A DNA stretch of 54,768 nucleotides, the filler included, from Squatina squatina (lineage: Eukaryota): NCBI GenBank assembly GCA_031763465.1. It is 3 parts of 3 records of this genome, joined end to end, with 100 filler letters (N's around TTAATTAATTAA, not from the genome) between each part and the next. Parts side by side here need not be neighbours in the genome. Positions count along the whole stretch, not along the records: positions 34,407 to 54,768 come from JARFOE010000080.1; 2 more parts are not named here. One strand, written 5' to 3'. Positions 34,307-47,192 of the stretch are shown one piece after another. The position numbers and the translations under genes are program-made. Positions within the stretch are counted from its first letter, which is position 1. Every line of letters starts with the position of its first letter. The notes under the pieces were generated by a model. The model was given only the letters and a program-made list of their open reading frames with translations, was not told where the DNA came from and did not search any database.

Positions 34307-34406
34307 NNNNNNNNNNNNNNNNNNNNNNNNNNNNNNNNNNNNNNNNNNNNTTAATTAATTAANNNNNNNNNNNNNNNNNNNNNNNNNNNNNNNNNNNNNN
34401 NNNNNN
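34307..34406. other. artificial concatenation linker
   Basis: N44-TTAATTAATTAA-N44. Confidence 0.95.
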
Positions 34407-34831
34407 AGTTTAATAAAAAGGAGATAACTAAGACAATTTTTTTTTGAAATTTAAAAAAAATATCTTTCAAAAATGTTTAACAACATACTTACCTTACTGG
34501 GAATAGTTTTAAAGTAATGTCCCATTAATTTTTTTGATTAAAAATTTTTTAACATTTCTTACGCAGGTAAAACCAAGCAGGTACGCTAGGTTTTACCAAG
34601 CATAAAATATTTGAAGAGATCCCTAGCGAAAGCTTTACAAACATCTTGCAAAGCTCAGTGCTGGGGATGAGCTCCGCAACATAAGCGTTGGATCTGTGAA
34701 GGAGATTCTGGACAGATCGCAAATGTCGGTTATGCGGGCTTACGATTAACAGCTCCAGAACCGGCTTTTACGATGTCTCCCTGGGTGCTTGGGAACATCA
34801 TTCCCACCCGGAAGATCGCAATTTCAGGCCC
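34407..34831 (+). mobile_element. right half of a TIR element (family also at 43583 and 48281)
   Basis: Ends GATCGCAATTTCAGGCCC, the exact reverse complement of 43583-43600; AT-rich interior matches about 43920-44050. Confidence 0.75.
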
Positions 34832-35214
34832 ATTTTGTATTGTATACCATCTGTGAATAGTTTTCCATGCTATTAGCTGTTAGAAACCACTTTCGTTAAT
34901 TCATCCGAAGACAAATTAAACAATTTTAATTTATTTTGGCTCAAGAATTTTTAGCATTCCTTAGCTTGTTCCATTATTTATTTTACCTTTGCAGATCAAA
35001 AAAGTGCCTTTTAACTGAAGTTTAAATACACACCTTCAAAAGTACTGGTGCAAATATTTGACGTATTGCTTGATAAAGAGCACTTATAGGTGAATCCAGC
35101 ATAGATGACACAAGTATATTGGTGTGCAAATTTTCCTCAGTAATGACATCCGGACGCATCTTAAAGAACACCAGTACTTTGTCCTTTTTGTCACCTGATT
35201 CAACCTACAACATA

Positions 35215-35388
35215 AAAACATAAGAACATAAGAAACAGGAGCAGGATTAGGCCTTTCAGCCCCTCAAGCCTGCTCCATCATTCAATGAGATCATGGCTGA
35301 TCTGATTCAGACCTCAACTCCATTTTCCTGCCTGTTCCCCATAACCTTTGACTCCCCTGTTACTCAAAAATCTGTCTATCTCAGCCTT
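35215..35388 (-). mobile_element. CR1 3' fragment
   Basis: (acataaga)n tail and ggagcagga...gagatcatggctgatct. Confidence 0.75.
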
Positions 35389-36265
35389 NNNNNNNNNNNN
35401 NNNNNNNNNNNNNNNNNNNNNNNNNNNNNNNNNNNNNNNNNNNNNNNNNNNNNNNNNNNNNNNNNNNNNNNNNNNNNNNNNNNNNNNNACAACATTTGTT
35501 TAGCAGTCAATACAAATGCTCCCTCTATTTTTTCTTTTGGGTACACAGCCCCTTTAACTGTGCAAGCCCATTCACAGTTTCACACGTGCGTGAAATTTAA
35601 CATTGGAAAAACCGGTCCCGGGCTGTGTGGGACCGGGCAGACAGCTTCATGGCCGCACTTAGCGGGAACGTTAGTCCAATACGTTGTTAAAACCCCAGTT
35701 GCACCTAATCCAACAAGGCCTAACATTTAGTGGCATATTTAATTGCGATATTACTGCAGAAAAGCCCAAGTTTTTGTCAGTTTCACTGATTTCACAGATA
35801 ACACTGACTGCTCGCTATGGCATGGGGCCACAGCATAGCCAGTGTCAGAGCAGTGAATGACTGACCGCAACTTCATGATTTCCGCGTTTTGATGCGCATG
35901 CGCTACATTCTGAAATTGCAGTCAGTTTCAAATGCTGTTAGGTCGCCATTCTTCCCAACCACAAATTCCAGCCCCATATTTTCACTACCAAGCTTACACA
36001 AGTTAATTCAATCTATGATTTATGAAAAAAATTCTTAATTTATACCTTATTACATATAACCAGCTGGTCACCAGATTTCTGTAACGAGATAACAAATACA
36101 TTGCCATCATCCAAAAANNNNNNNNNNNNNNNNNNNNNNNNNNNNNNNNNNNNNNNNNNNNNNNNNNNNNNNNNNNNNNNNNNNNNNNNNNNNNNNNNNN
36201 NNNNNNNNNNNNNNNNNGGTAGCTCCTCTCAGTGCACCTGTTCTGTCTTCTGGTGTGCTCACAAG

Positions 36266-36336
36266 ATGCCTGTTAAGAAGAAGAGAAAATCTTCAGGGTC
36301 AGAAGACGCTAGCATGAAAAAATGTAGAATAAGCAG
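36266..36336 (+). CDS. DCUN1D5: DCN1-like protein 5, first coding exon
   Basis: ATG, MPVKKKRKSSGSEDASMKKCRIS (basic NLS-like N-terminus), donor AG|GTGGGT. Confidence 0.9.
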
Positions 36337-37566
36337 GTGGGTACCAATTTAGATTTAAGACTATTTTCATCCCCTGATGTGGATTTAAGCCGTAACACTT
36401 TCCAACAATTTGCTTTCTCAAATTGGTTTAAAAATGTAGACTTTTTGGACTGCAGAGAGGGTTATTTGTAACTGCATGTTATGAATCGATTCGATGCTTT
36501 GACAGACATCGCAGTGACTTATTTAAAGAAGTTTTAAAACATTTTCTTTATCGTAATTTATGCTAATTTGGAAGAAACTTCACTTTGTAATAAAATGTGA
36601 GGAGCATTCTCAAGCTCTCCATTTGATGTGTTAAAAAATAAAGCTTGTAAGCCTAGAAAGAAGCTTGCTGTCTTCAGGGTAAAAATCCTGCCATGAGTAA
36701 TTTGGGGTCTAACAATTATGCTTTTCAGTTGATAATTATTCAAATTNNNNNNNNNNNNNNNNNNNNNNNNNNNNNNNNNNNNNNNNNNNNNNNNNNNNNN
36801 NNNNNNNNNNNNNNNNNNNNNNNNNNNNNNNNNNNNNNNNNNNNNNNNNNNNNNNNNNNNNNNNNNNNNNNNNNNNNNNNNNNNNNNNNNNNNNNNNNNN
36901 NNNNNNNNNNNNNNNNNNNNNNNNNNNNNNNNNNNNNNNNNNNNNNNNNNNNNNNNNNNNNNNNNNNNNNNNNNNNNNNNNNNNNNNNNNNNNNNNNNNN
37001 NNNNNNNNNNNNNNNNNNNNNNNNNNNNNNNNNNNNNNNNNNNNNNNNNNNNNNNNNNNNNNNNNNNNNNNNNNNNNNNNNNNNNNNNNNNNNNNNNNNN
37101 NNNNNNNNNNNNNNNNNNNNNNNNNNNNNNNNNNNNNNNNNNNNNNNNNNNNNNNNNNNNNNNNNNNNNNNNNNNNNNNNNNNNNNNNNNNNNNNNNNNN
37201 NNNNNNNNNNNNNNNTATTTTGGTTGGGCAAAATATTTTTCTAATCTGGGATGTCTATATCTGAAACTGAAGAAGCATATATTGTGCCTAATGTACATTA
37301 ACAATGTGTGCAAAAATGCATCATGGTTTGAGGAACAGCTCAGTATATAGCTGCTGCAAAATCTTGGCTTTAAACTTTCTGACATTGATTCTTCTACATT
37401 TAATTGTGAGAATGGGATGTTTTGATTAGTATTTTATTTTAAAGTATTAGGAAAAACAATGATCATCATGCTAAAAGCTAAAGAATTTCTTGGCAGAAAG
37501 CCTAGGACTAAAGTTAAGTCTATGCTTTATTGAAAAAGGTTTACTGATCAGCTTTTGTCTTTTAAG

Positions 37567-37655
37567 TTTCTGTAGAGTACAGACGCCATCTAGATTAATA
37601 AGTGATGACAGTTTTTCAAGCAAAAAGTGCCTAGCTTGGTTTTATGAATATGCAG
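37567..37655 (+). CDS. DCUN1D5: DCUN1D5 exon 2
   Basis: FCRVQTPSRLISDDSFSSKKCLAWFYEYA, phase-compatible, GTAAG donor. Confidence 0.92.
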
Positions 37656-38025
37656 GTAAGAACTTTGTAGGTATACTAACTGTATTTTGGAAAGTTATAA
37701 TAAGATCTTAATATAACTATTCATCCTTCTTGCAATATATTTTGAAATAATTCTAATATATGAGAATGGGGCAGTTTAAAAAAACAGTCCTTTTTCCTGC
37801 AGGATCTGATTATGAATCAAGGAGANNNNNNNNNNNNNNNNNNNNNNNNNNNNNNNNNNNNNNNNNNNNNNNNNNNNNNNNNNNNNNNNNNNNNNNNNNN
37901 NNNNNNNNNNNNNNNNNNNNNNNNNGGTTTAAATTGACAGGATCTGGTGGTGGATGGTGAAAAACATTGCTAAAATTCTAGTTATGTTGAAAAGTGACCC
38001 TGATCATTTTTTTTTCTGTCTGCAG

Positions 38026-38117
38026 ATTATCATGTTAGTATTAGCATGGAAACTGGAGGCTCAAAACATGGGATTTTTCACTAAAGAAGAGTGGCTAAAA
38101 GGAATGACCTCATTACA
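38026..38117 (+). CDS. DCUN1D5: DCUN1D5 exon 4 (exon 3 not visible, probably in gap 37826-37925)
   Basis: [34 protein letters not shown] domain. Confidence 0.93.
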
Positions 38118-38343
38118 GTAAGAAATCTCAGTGATTATGCCTGTTCTAGAATAAAATGGATGCATGGCAGTCCATTCCTATCTGTTTAACCACTATGCCC
38201 TGCATACATTTCACTAACTACATGCTACAGCTCATGCTTCATACCGGTAAATGTATATGTACCAAGTATGTTGACTTCCAGATTATCCTTTGGGTCTTGA
38301 CTAGGAAAATCCTATTTTTAATACTGTATTTGTTTTAACCTAG

Positions 38344-38452
38344 ATGTGACTGCACAGAAAGGCTGCAGAGCAAATTTGACTATTTGCGCGCGCAACTGAA
38401 TGATCTGTCAGCTTTCAAACAAATTTACAGATATGCCTTTGATTTTGCTAGG
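38344..38452 (+). CDS. DCUN1D5: DCUN1D5 exon 5
   Basis: CDCTERLQSKFDYLRAQLNDLSAFKQIYRYAFDFAR. Confidence 0.93.
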
Positions 38453-38566
38453 GTAAGACAAAATAAATTTGTTTTGCTTGCATTGATCTTTGAGCTGTTG
38501 CTTAATATTCTTTGAAGGTTGGCTTAAACTCAAAAGCTCTACTTTTTACAATGTGCTCTCTTTTAG

Positions 38567-38671
38567 GATAAAGACCAGCGTAGCCTTGATATTGATACTG
38601 CAAAGTCTATGTTAGCTCTTCTCCTAGGAAGAACATGGGCTCTGTTCTCTGCCTTTTACCAATTTTTGGAG
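38567..38671 (+). CDS. DCUN1D5: DCUN1D5 exon 6
   Basis: [35 protein letters not shown]. Confidence 0.93.
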
Positions 38672-38817
38672 GTACTTTGTTAATTCTTTAAAAAATGCTT
38701 TTCTTGAAAATCAATGCAAAATATTCCAACTGCAACTACAAATTTGACAAAATGCAATAAATAAATGATTTTTTTTTGTCAGTAAGTTTTTCATAATAGC
38801 ATATGAACTCTTTGCAG

Positions 38818-38920
38818 CAATCAAAGTACAGAGTTATGAATAAGGATCAGTGGTTCAATGTATTGGAGTTCAGCAGAACTGTACTTGCAGACCTAAGCAA
38901 CTATGATGAAGATGGTGCAT
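38818..38920 (+). CDS. DCUN1D5: DCUN1D5 exon 7
   Basis: [34 protein letters not shown]. Confidence 0.93.
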
Positions 38921-39005
38921 GTAAGTTTCTTTCCCATAAATACGATTACACATTTATTCCAATATAGTCACAAAGAAATTGTAATTTAACTTGTTTTCTT
39001 TCCAG

Positions 39006-39058
39006 GGCCTGTGCTTCTTGATGAATTTGTTGAGTGGCAGAAGGCAAGGCAGTCATAA
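39006..39058 (+). CDS. DCUN1D5: DCUN1D5 last coding exon
   Basis: (W)PVLLDEFVEWQKARQS* completes the DAD-patch motif DEDGAWPVLLDEF. Confidence 0.93.
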
Positions 39059-39248
39059 CAAGTTGGAGGGGAAGAGAACTAAGGGGAGAGCAATAATGCT
39101 TTGCTACCCGACCAAACTACACCTTTAATTATGAAGTGGAAAGTATTTNNNNNNNNNNNNNNNNNNNNNNNNNNNNNNNNNNNNNNNNNNNNNNNNNNNN
39201 NNNNNNNNNNNNNNNNNNNNNNNNNNNNNNNNNNNNNNNNNNNNNNNN

Positions 39249-39415
39249 TTAAGACGCTCCTTAAAACCTACCTCTTTGACCAAGCTTTTGATTATCTGCC
39301 CTAATTTCTCCTTATGTAGCTCGGTGTCTATTTTTTTGTCTTATAACACTCCTGTGAAGCACCTTGGGATATTTTACTACTTTAAAGATGCTATATAAAT
39401 ACAAGTTATTGTTGT
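39249..39415 (+). mobile_element. L2-type 3' tail fragment
   Basis: KTLLKTYLFDQAF followed by ctgtgaagcaccttgggat...gctatataaatacaagtt. Confidence 0.7.
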
Positions 39416-42400
39416 ACACATAAATCTTTTTCAAGCTGGGCGTACTTCTAGGATGTTTCAGGATGTTACTGTTGCATTCTAACTGGGGCGTGAAGAAGTA
39501 GAGTCCGCTGTGAGCCACTCCAGTAAGTTCAGGGTCACTCCAGAGTCCCCAGTTTATATTCTTTTTGTGAGGAATTTTATTATGTATTCATTGACTATGG
39601 CACCTGATGTTAGGATTTTGTCCAGTCTTGAGTCTTAATGCTTTTGGCGATATCTGTTTATAACTTCATAAAGTACTTTGATGAAGCACATTAAAAATTA
39701 TAGATTTTCATTAGAAACAGAAATCGTCATCAGTTTCATGTTTGACTGTGTAGATAAAAGGCCTTGAAGTGTCTGGATGCGTTTTTCAATTGTTGGAAAG
39801 TGTATGCTATTGTATCAGGCACTTGCCGCTCTGGTACCATACCAAAAACTTACTGAACCTCATCATATGTTGTAACTATGTAGCACCTTTTCTGTGATTA
39901 TAGTATATCATTAGGTACTGGTGCTAGTCTAGGACTGTGTGCTCAGGGTTTATGGTAATGACAGCACCACTGCAAGGCCCATGTAATAGAGAATTACAAG
40001 TGGTACAAATGTATGTTTAAATTTGTTCAGGTACAGTGTTGTTGAGGTATCCACAGAATGATTTGCCTATTTCCAAAAGCTTTTATTTTACCCCCATTAA
40101 GAACAAAATGGAATACAGTCATATACACCTGAGTTGGGGTGGAGAAACATGTATAATCAGAACTGCATGTAATAGAATTCATCAGTACTGGATGAGCAAA
40201 TATGTGGTTTTGACTATAGTTTTTAGTAAAAGCAAGTTGCCACATCACTCTAAGTAATTGGTCGACTGTACAAACAGTACAGTTTTAGATTATTTTACAG
40301 TATTAGCTTCAAATATTTGACTCTCCAGAATATAAAGCTGGAAATTAGCCTGAACTAAGCACTCTTATGCTATTGATTAGTTGAAGCTTTTGTAAGGTGA
40401 TGATACTGTGGATCCTTGAAATAAATTTTTCTCATGTTCTTTAGTGTCTAAAAGACACATTGAAATTTTGTCAGTGGATCTCTTGTGTAAAGAAAGTCAT
40501 GACCTAAATACTCCAAATTGAAACATTGAAGCACGAGCGTAATTAATTCTTCAATTTTTTTTCCTTAAAGCTTCAGTTTTCAGCAGACTCTTCCCAATCC
40601 CAATAATTAATCTCTGCTGAAGGTATAATAACTGGAACAGAATGACCAGTCTAGAAACACTAAAAGCTGCTGATTTACTGTCCACTTAAAAGCCTATTAA
40701 CAAAGAAAATGTCGAGTGGTGTTTTGGGATGCACTTTACACAGTTCTGTACATCCTAGTGCCAATTAATATTCAAAAATAGTGCAGCTTTTATTTTTGTT
40801 TTTCACCAGTTCATATTTTGAAATTGTCCCACATGGTCTTACAAATTTTAACCTTGGTGGTTCTCTGGCTTAGCAGTACATAAGAGCCCAAACTCTGGAT
40901 TGCTCAATTGTGAGTGCTAATTGATTAACACAGTAACCACTAAGCTGATAAAATCCTGTACTGGTTTCATTGCCCGCTTATACAAGCTATGTCGATATGC
41001 AACCTATTGCTGGAGAGAGAATTCTGTAAATTATCTATTCCAGTTTACACCAGCACCATCTTGTACAGACTCTGTATAAGATATTTTTAATGTAAATGAG
41101 ACTAAAGTTCCAACAGAATGGTAGATTCAGTTACCTGAAAAGTGTGCTTTTTAAACTGCAAAATGATTTATCTTGACTGTTTCACTGAAGAAATAATCTA
41201 TTCATTCTGGAGAAATTTTTTCCCAGTCATAAAGTGACCATAACTGAAGTTCAGTTCTTAGATAATACAGTGGACCTTCAAGTAAACAGAATTTAAAAAA
41301 AAATCCTTACAACTAATGGGCTAATTATTCAAAGGTATGAAAAACTATTGTATCAAAACTTTAGTAAATTTGTGTGGCTACTTCTTCAAGAACAAAAGCG
41401 CAACGGGTGGTTAAAGTTTCCTTCCCCCGCTCCCCGCCTCAGTGAGCGTCATGAAAAATTATTTTTAAAAGCGTATATTCCTAATATTGCCTCTTTGAAG
41501 CTGTGTTATTTTAAATTTCACCAGGGAGTTACTGCACCGATGTCAGCTCTGGGAGTGTGAGTAAGCTGCCTATTTATAACTAGCTGCCAAGCTCAAAATG
41601 TCAGTATTGTCAATATATTTGCAGTATTGAATTTTTGTGGCTTCAATGCCATTGACTGGATGCCCAAAGTCAGAAAAAACTTTGAAGAGATTCCTTGTGG
41701 AGCCGCGCACTGATGTCACTGAAAAGCTTCCTGGTGAATCGGAGACCAGGGCCAGTAGGCTGGAAAATGTACAATAATACTGAGGCATTTATATATAAAA
41801 TAAATTACACCGTCAACATTTATCTTGCAAATTACTTCACTTTGCCCATCCAGTTTTTTTCCTCCCTTAGAAGTAAACTAGCTGAAATGATAAAGCATGG
41901 GGCGTAACCAATTTCTGTTTGGCAGACCCTTGAAAAGCAGAATACAAGTTCAACAATACAATTTGATGCTTTGTATTTAGGATTTAACGTTCGGACTTTG
42001 TTTTAATAGAGGACATAGTTACTTAAAGCTTCCCAATGCTATTTTTTATAAACTTAGGGATAAAACCCCCGTTCTCTAAAAACATATGGCATGAGCTCTA
42101 ATATTCTCAGTTACTAAGTTTAAGATACTTAATTTAACTGGGTTAGTTTCAGAAATGAGCATGGTAGGAACCGTATATGTATTTCTATGTACGTGCTTCT
42201 TTTTATGTTAACCATCTTTAAAGTTCACTCCGTTGCCTTTTAAAAGCCTAAACCTTATAGTGACAGATGCTGAGTTCTGGTTGTCTGCAATATGTGACTG
42301 CACTTGGAAAAAGTTATTCATTTGGGTGTGAAGTGCTTGGGACTGTCCTCAGAACTGAATAAGGTGCTGTCTGAATGCAAGTGCTTTTTTCTTCCTTTCT

Positions 42401-43582
42401 TTTCCCAATTGGGATATGCTCGGAATTGTCAGACTTTTCATAAACTAGGGAAACCAACAGTTTTCGCTTAAATCCAAAAATTCTAAAGCATATCTGATTT
42501 GTGTTAAAACTTACAAAATGGCAAAGTGTGCTCTCAGTGTGCAAGGAAGGGTGTTTCTTCCATCTAGTTCATGAAATAATGCCCAAATCTTTGCGAGAGA
42601 GTCTGCAGTGCAGTATTTATTTTTTTTTTAAAGTCAAACCGAAATGGACTGAAGAAACTTAACTATTGTTTAAGTTAAATGTGCGTAATAGAATTTTTTT
42701 TAAAGGGGATACTGTAGTTGAAAGCTACTCTGAATATTTTTCAGTGTACTTTAATTATTCCAAAATATGCTGCTGAATATATAATTGCAACATTTTTAGT
42801 TTCAGATTTCCACAATTATATATTTGTATTGGTAATCCCTCACAGTTCTCCCTGGATCGAAGGCAAAGGAATATTGTAGAGTGTTACAAGGAGGGGGTTA
42901 CTATACATTTAAATTGTACTTTTAAAAAAAAAACAACATCCCAGTATTGTTCACAACAATCAATCCAATCCAGTACCAGTTTATGGCTTTTAAAAATACT
43001 ATTTCAACTTGTTACAACTTTGCATTGTTGGAAGGATCCTACAAAAGTAGTACAACTTTCTGATTTCACTGTTCCTACTGAAAGTGGTATCCACTCACTG
43101 TGTTTCCTTTGGATCTTGGATTGGAATTATGTTCATATATTCTTGCATTGCCTAATTGCAAACCTATTTAAATTGAATGATAAACTTTATAAAGACAAGT
43201 TCATAATGGAATATAAAATAATGGCTTTGCATGTTTTCATATTTAAAGATATTGGTGAAAAGAGGCGACCCAATGCAATGCAGCCCGAAGCAGGACTACT
43301 GACATGCCAAGGAATGTGAACTCTGGCATTTTAGTTGTACAATAAAGAAAAAGGAACAGTGTACATTGAAGTGTCTTAATTCGTGATTGGAGGCTACACT
43401 GAAAATTAGCTTACCCCATGGCTAAAGTATGACCAGAAATATCTGGAGTTGATATTTCTAAATGTTTTTACACACCAAGGGAGAACAAGTTTATGGATTT
43501 CTAACATTTCAGAATATAAGACCGGAGCATAATGGGGTGCTCTCTTTTTTGCAGATACAAGGTCCTTTTGTGCAATAATATT

Positions 43583-44052
43583 GGGCCTGAAATTGCGATC
43601 GGAGGCTTCCTGCGTGTGGATGCCTCCAATTGCAATTTCCCTTACGTATTTACCCGAGGGTCCTGGATCCACGGGAGTTTGCCATCTTCCGGCCCCCCCC
43701 CCCCACCGAGCTGGATATTCGGAGCGGGGCGCTCTAGTTTCCCGGGCAAGTCAAACTTGAGAGGCTGGAGAGGTCACATGGGAGGCCCCAACCACTCAGG
43801 TAGGTGTATCGTTCATTGAAGTTATGTCAACTCTCAGCGATCTGTCAAAACTTCAATAAAAGATGAAATACAACACAAACACCAACACATTTTAAAAACT
43901 ATTTTTACATTAAAATTCAATTTAAAAAAAAGATAAATAACTTTTTTTGAAATTAAAAAAAAAATCTTTTGAAATGTTTAAAAACATACCTAACTGGGAA
44001 TGGTTTTAAAGTAATGTCCCCGTCATTTTCTTTGAATTAAATTTTTTTTACA
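43583..44052 (+). mobile_element. left half of a TIR element (Harbinger-like MITE)
   Basis: Starts GGGCCTGAAATTGCGATC; homologous to 48281-48513. Confidence 0.75.
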
Positions 44053-44152
44053 NNNNNNNNNNNNNNNNNNNNNNNNNNNNNNNNNNNNNNNNNNNNNNNN
44101 NNNNNNNNNNNNNNNNNNNNNNNNNNNNNNNNNNNNNNNNNNNNNNNNNNNN

Positions 44153-44633
44153 AGGTTCACCAGACTGATTCCTGGGATGGCGGGATTGTCGTATGAGGAG
44201 AGATTGAGTAGACTGGGCCTGTATTCTCTCGAGTTTAGAAGAATGAAAGGTGATCTCATTGAAACATATAAAACTCTTTCAGGGCTCGACAGGGTAGATG
44301 CAGGGAGGAAGATTCCCCTGGCTGGGGAGTCAAGAACCAGTGGTCACAGTCTCAGAATAAGGGCTCAGCCATTTAGGACTGAGATGAGGAGAAATTTCTT
44401 CACTCAGAGAGTAGTGAAGCTTTGGAATTCTCCGCCCCAGAGGGCTATGAGTCCTTGAGTACATTCAAAACAGAGATTGATAGATTTCTAGATATTAAAG
44501 GCAACAAGGGATATGGGGATAATGCAGGAAAATGGCATTGAGGTAGGAGATCAGCCATGATCTTGTTGAATGGCGGAGCAGGCTCGAGGGGTCAAATGGC
44601 CTATTCTTGCTCCTATTTCTTATGTTCTTATGT
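44153..44633 (+). mobile_element. CR1 3' portion
   Basis: GLSYEERLSRLGLYSLEFRRMKGDLIETYK...RNFFTQRVVKLWNS, then (ttcttatg)n tail. Confidence 0.92.
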
Positions 44634-44809
44634 TGTGTTCGTCGCTGACCACAAACTACGTGCTATTATTATCAAGCTTCAAAATGAAGTTAAAATATTT
44701 GTGAGCCTTTGATAAGGCTGGAGTTGGGGGAGGAAGCAACAGTCAAAAATTAAGTCAAAGGAACAGATTTTGTGGGCATGCGATGAAGGGGTACAGTAAT
44801 CCACTGGGG

Positions 44810-45010
44810 GCTGTTTGATAGCTGGTAAAATATACGAACTACTGCATGAGGTGAGTGCAAGGAGGATTCCGCTGGTTGGTATTTCATGGCATTCTTCCCA
44901 AAGAACAACAGTGCGTCCATTCCTGGCAGCAGGTGAAGGTTGGGCACAATGTATCGTACGCAACCTGCAGGACCTGAGAACAGATGCAGAAGATGGCACA
45001 ACTTAAGGAA
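44810..45010 (+). pseudogene. decayed Myb/SANT-like ORF (Harbinger-type DNA-binding protein)
   Basis: ELLHEVSARRIPLVG, then after a frameshift SWQQVKVGHNVSYATCRT*EQMQK-WHNL, the trihelix W...RT.EQ..K.W.NL pattern. Confidence 0.5.
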
Positions 45011-46694
45011 TATGGTAAGATAAGACTACCCAACAGTACCATATATCGGGTAGATTGCGCAAGATTGCCTGCCACAAACCATTGCTCATCAATCTGTTCC
45101 ACATTTACTGCACACCTACGCTAAACCGTCATACAAACTTCATACTCTTTCCATGCATCTCATATATACTCACACCTCAGCAGGGCATACCATTAAGATG
45201 CAATATACAATTGAAAGCTTTCTCACACACAAGAACATCACACCTCCAGTCATTGTAATATAACGTAGCTGCATGATACATTGTTACCAAGGTTAGCCTG
45301 CTGGTTGTGCACTTGTCTGTCATGTTGCCCCTTCAACCTCCAGCACCACAAGATTATTTTTCTCTATATATATAATATGTAGGGTGACGCTTTGGGGGCA
45401 TAATCACAACCTGGGCCTTCCTACCCGAGCACTAAATAGGAGCAATGATCCAGTCTGGGATCACCTAGATTTGCTATTCCATTTAAATGGCATGAGGCCA
45501 GCCCACGTGCAGTTCCCACCAACCAGCCCCTCCCCCCCACCCCCACCCCAGAGGGCCTGGCACCAGTAGAAGGGCTTGGAACCCTGTTCCCCAGGGAAAG
45601 CACCAAAGTACTGAAGCTCAATTAAATGCCAGAGACACAGCTATTTGGTCTTCTTTTCCCTGACATTTGTGCCTGGGGGAACTTTCATTCCCAAGGCAAA
45701 AGAGCCAAGAAAAATCAGCCCTATAATGTGAGCTGAGGGCTACTTGTGGCTCAGCTGTGGCGCTCAGCAGACATGCATGTCTCTCTGCTTCAATTCACAG
45801 GCCAACCACGGTGCTTCTAGAACTTGGGAGTCAGGACAGAGAAATGTACAATATTTAATAAAAGACAAAAAAAAAGTTTTAATACAATAGGCAAATAGAC
45901 TTTTGTTATAGGTCTGTGAAAGCGGTACTTGAGGAAGTGACCATTCAGAATGGGTCCCTTGGTATGTACCGGTTCACATCCTATACTGGAAATATTAGTA
46001 CACTATATAATGAAATACCTAAGCATATCATAAGATTAGTCATCCTGATTTCACAAAGATGTGGTGAGGAAAATTGCAATGTCAGCTTAGTATCGGGTTT
46101 CTGTTGGAGGTTGGGTAAGTAATAACCACAAAATATTTGTTCTAATAAATACACCTCACATAAGAAACTCTGAAAACAATCTTTAAGAAACATTAGCCAT
46201 TAGCCGATCATATTATTTATGATGTGTTGCCTCAGGGATAAATGTTCTGACTCCTACTCTCAGCATTGAATCCTACTCGCAGCATGCAGTCTCACCCTCT
46301 GATCGACAATCCCCTCGAGCAAGTTTCCAAAAATTTAATCCTCTGTTCTGAATTCTGAATGATAATTTAGTGACATTATTGGTCTGTATTGAGAATATGA
46401 ATGCAACGGATTGTCAGAAAGAATGAACTTTCATTTTCTATTCAGTTTCCCCAAACGAAACTGAGAAGTTCTACTTTAACAAATGAACCTTGATATCCTA
46501 AATGAATAATATTCACATTAGGATACCAGTTTGACTAATCTTACAGCATCGTGCATCTATATTTTGAGTGTAGGAGGTTTACATCCATGCAGTTCAATAT
46601 AAATTGCATGTATTTCAGAGTTTGATGGAGGTATTCCAGTACGTAGTCCGTCAAAAACGAGTTCGCTATATGAGGCATGTGCCTGTAGCTTAAA

Positions 46695-47192
46695 GGGCCT
46701 GGATTTTCATCTGCTGTGCTGCTCCAATTTGCGCAGTATAGCGGCGGAAACAATGGAAACCACCAGCCATGTCCCCATCCCGACCTAAATTTTCATCTCC
46801 CTGCCCCAGGTGGGAAGGTCACTGACTGCTACTTCACTGCCTCACTGCATGTAAATGATGAGATGGAGCCCACCAAATCACTTGATTTTTGTGCCTTCCT
46901 CACATGCCATGGCAAACCCGAGGACCACCAGGAGGAAGATGGCATCAGGCCCTGAGGCAGTGCTAGAAATTATGCTGAACAGAATCTTGGAGAGAACGAG
47001 ACTAGTCGTGGACTCCTCTCTATCTCTTAAGGTCCCCTTTCCGCTTTTCATCGGTCTCGTTGCTCCTCGAGAGCACAGTCCCAATTTTTAAAAATTAGTT
47101 TTCAGTGCTCTTCTGCCCTTTAACAGTGGCTCCCATCTCCAGTACTGCAGCAGGAAAGCATTCTGAAGGATGGGTTGAAGGAAATCCAGCCC
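46695..47192. mobile_element. MITE-like element
   Basis: Ends GGGCCTGGATTTTC / GGAAATCCAGCCC with AAA on both sides. Confidence 0.5.

Noticed and set aside
36558-37385. ORFs of 163-275 aa
   Set aside because: Composed mostly of N-gap codons
37803-37825. Acceptor-like tttttcctgcag as DCUN1D5 exon 3
   Set aside because: Translation GSDYESR does not match the expected GPEGMEKFCEDIGVEPEN segment; the true exon is probably in the gap
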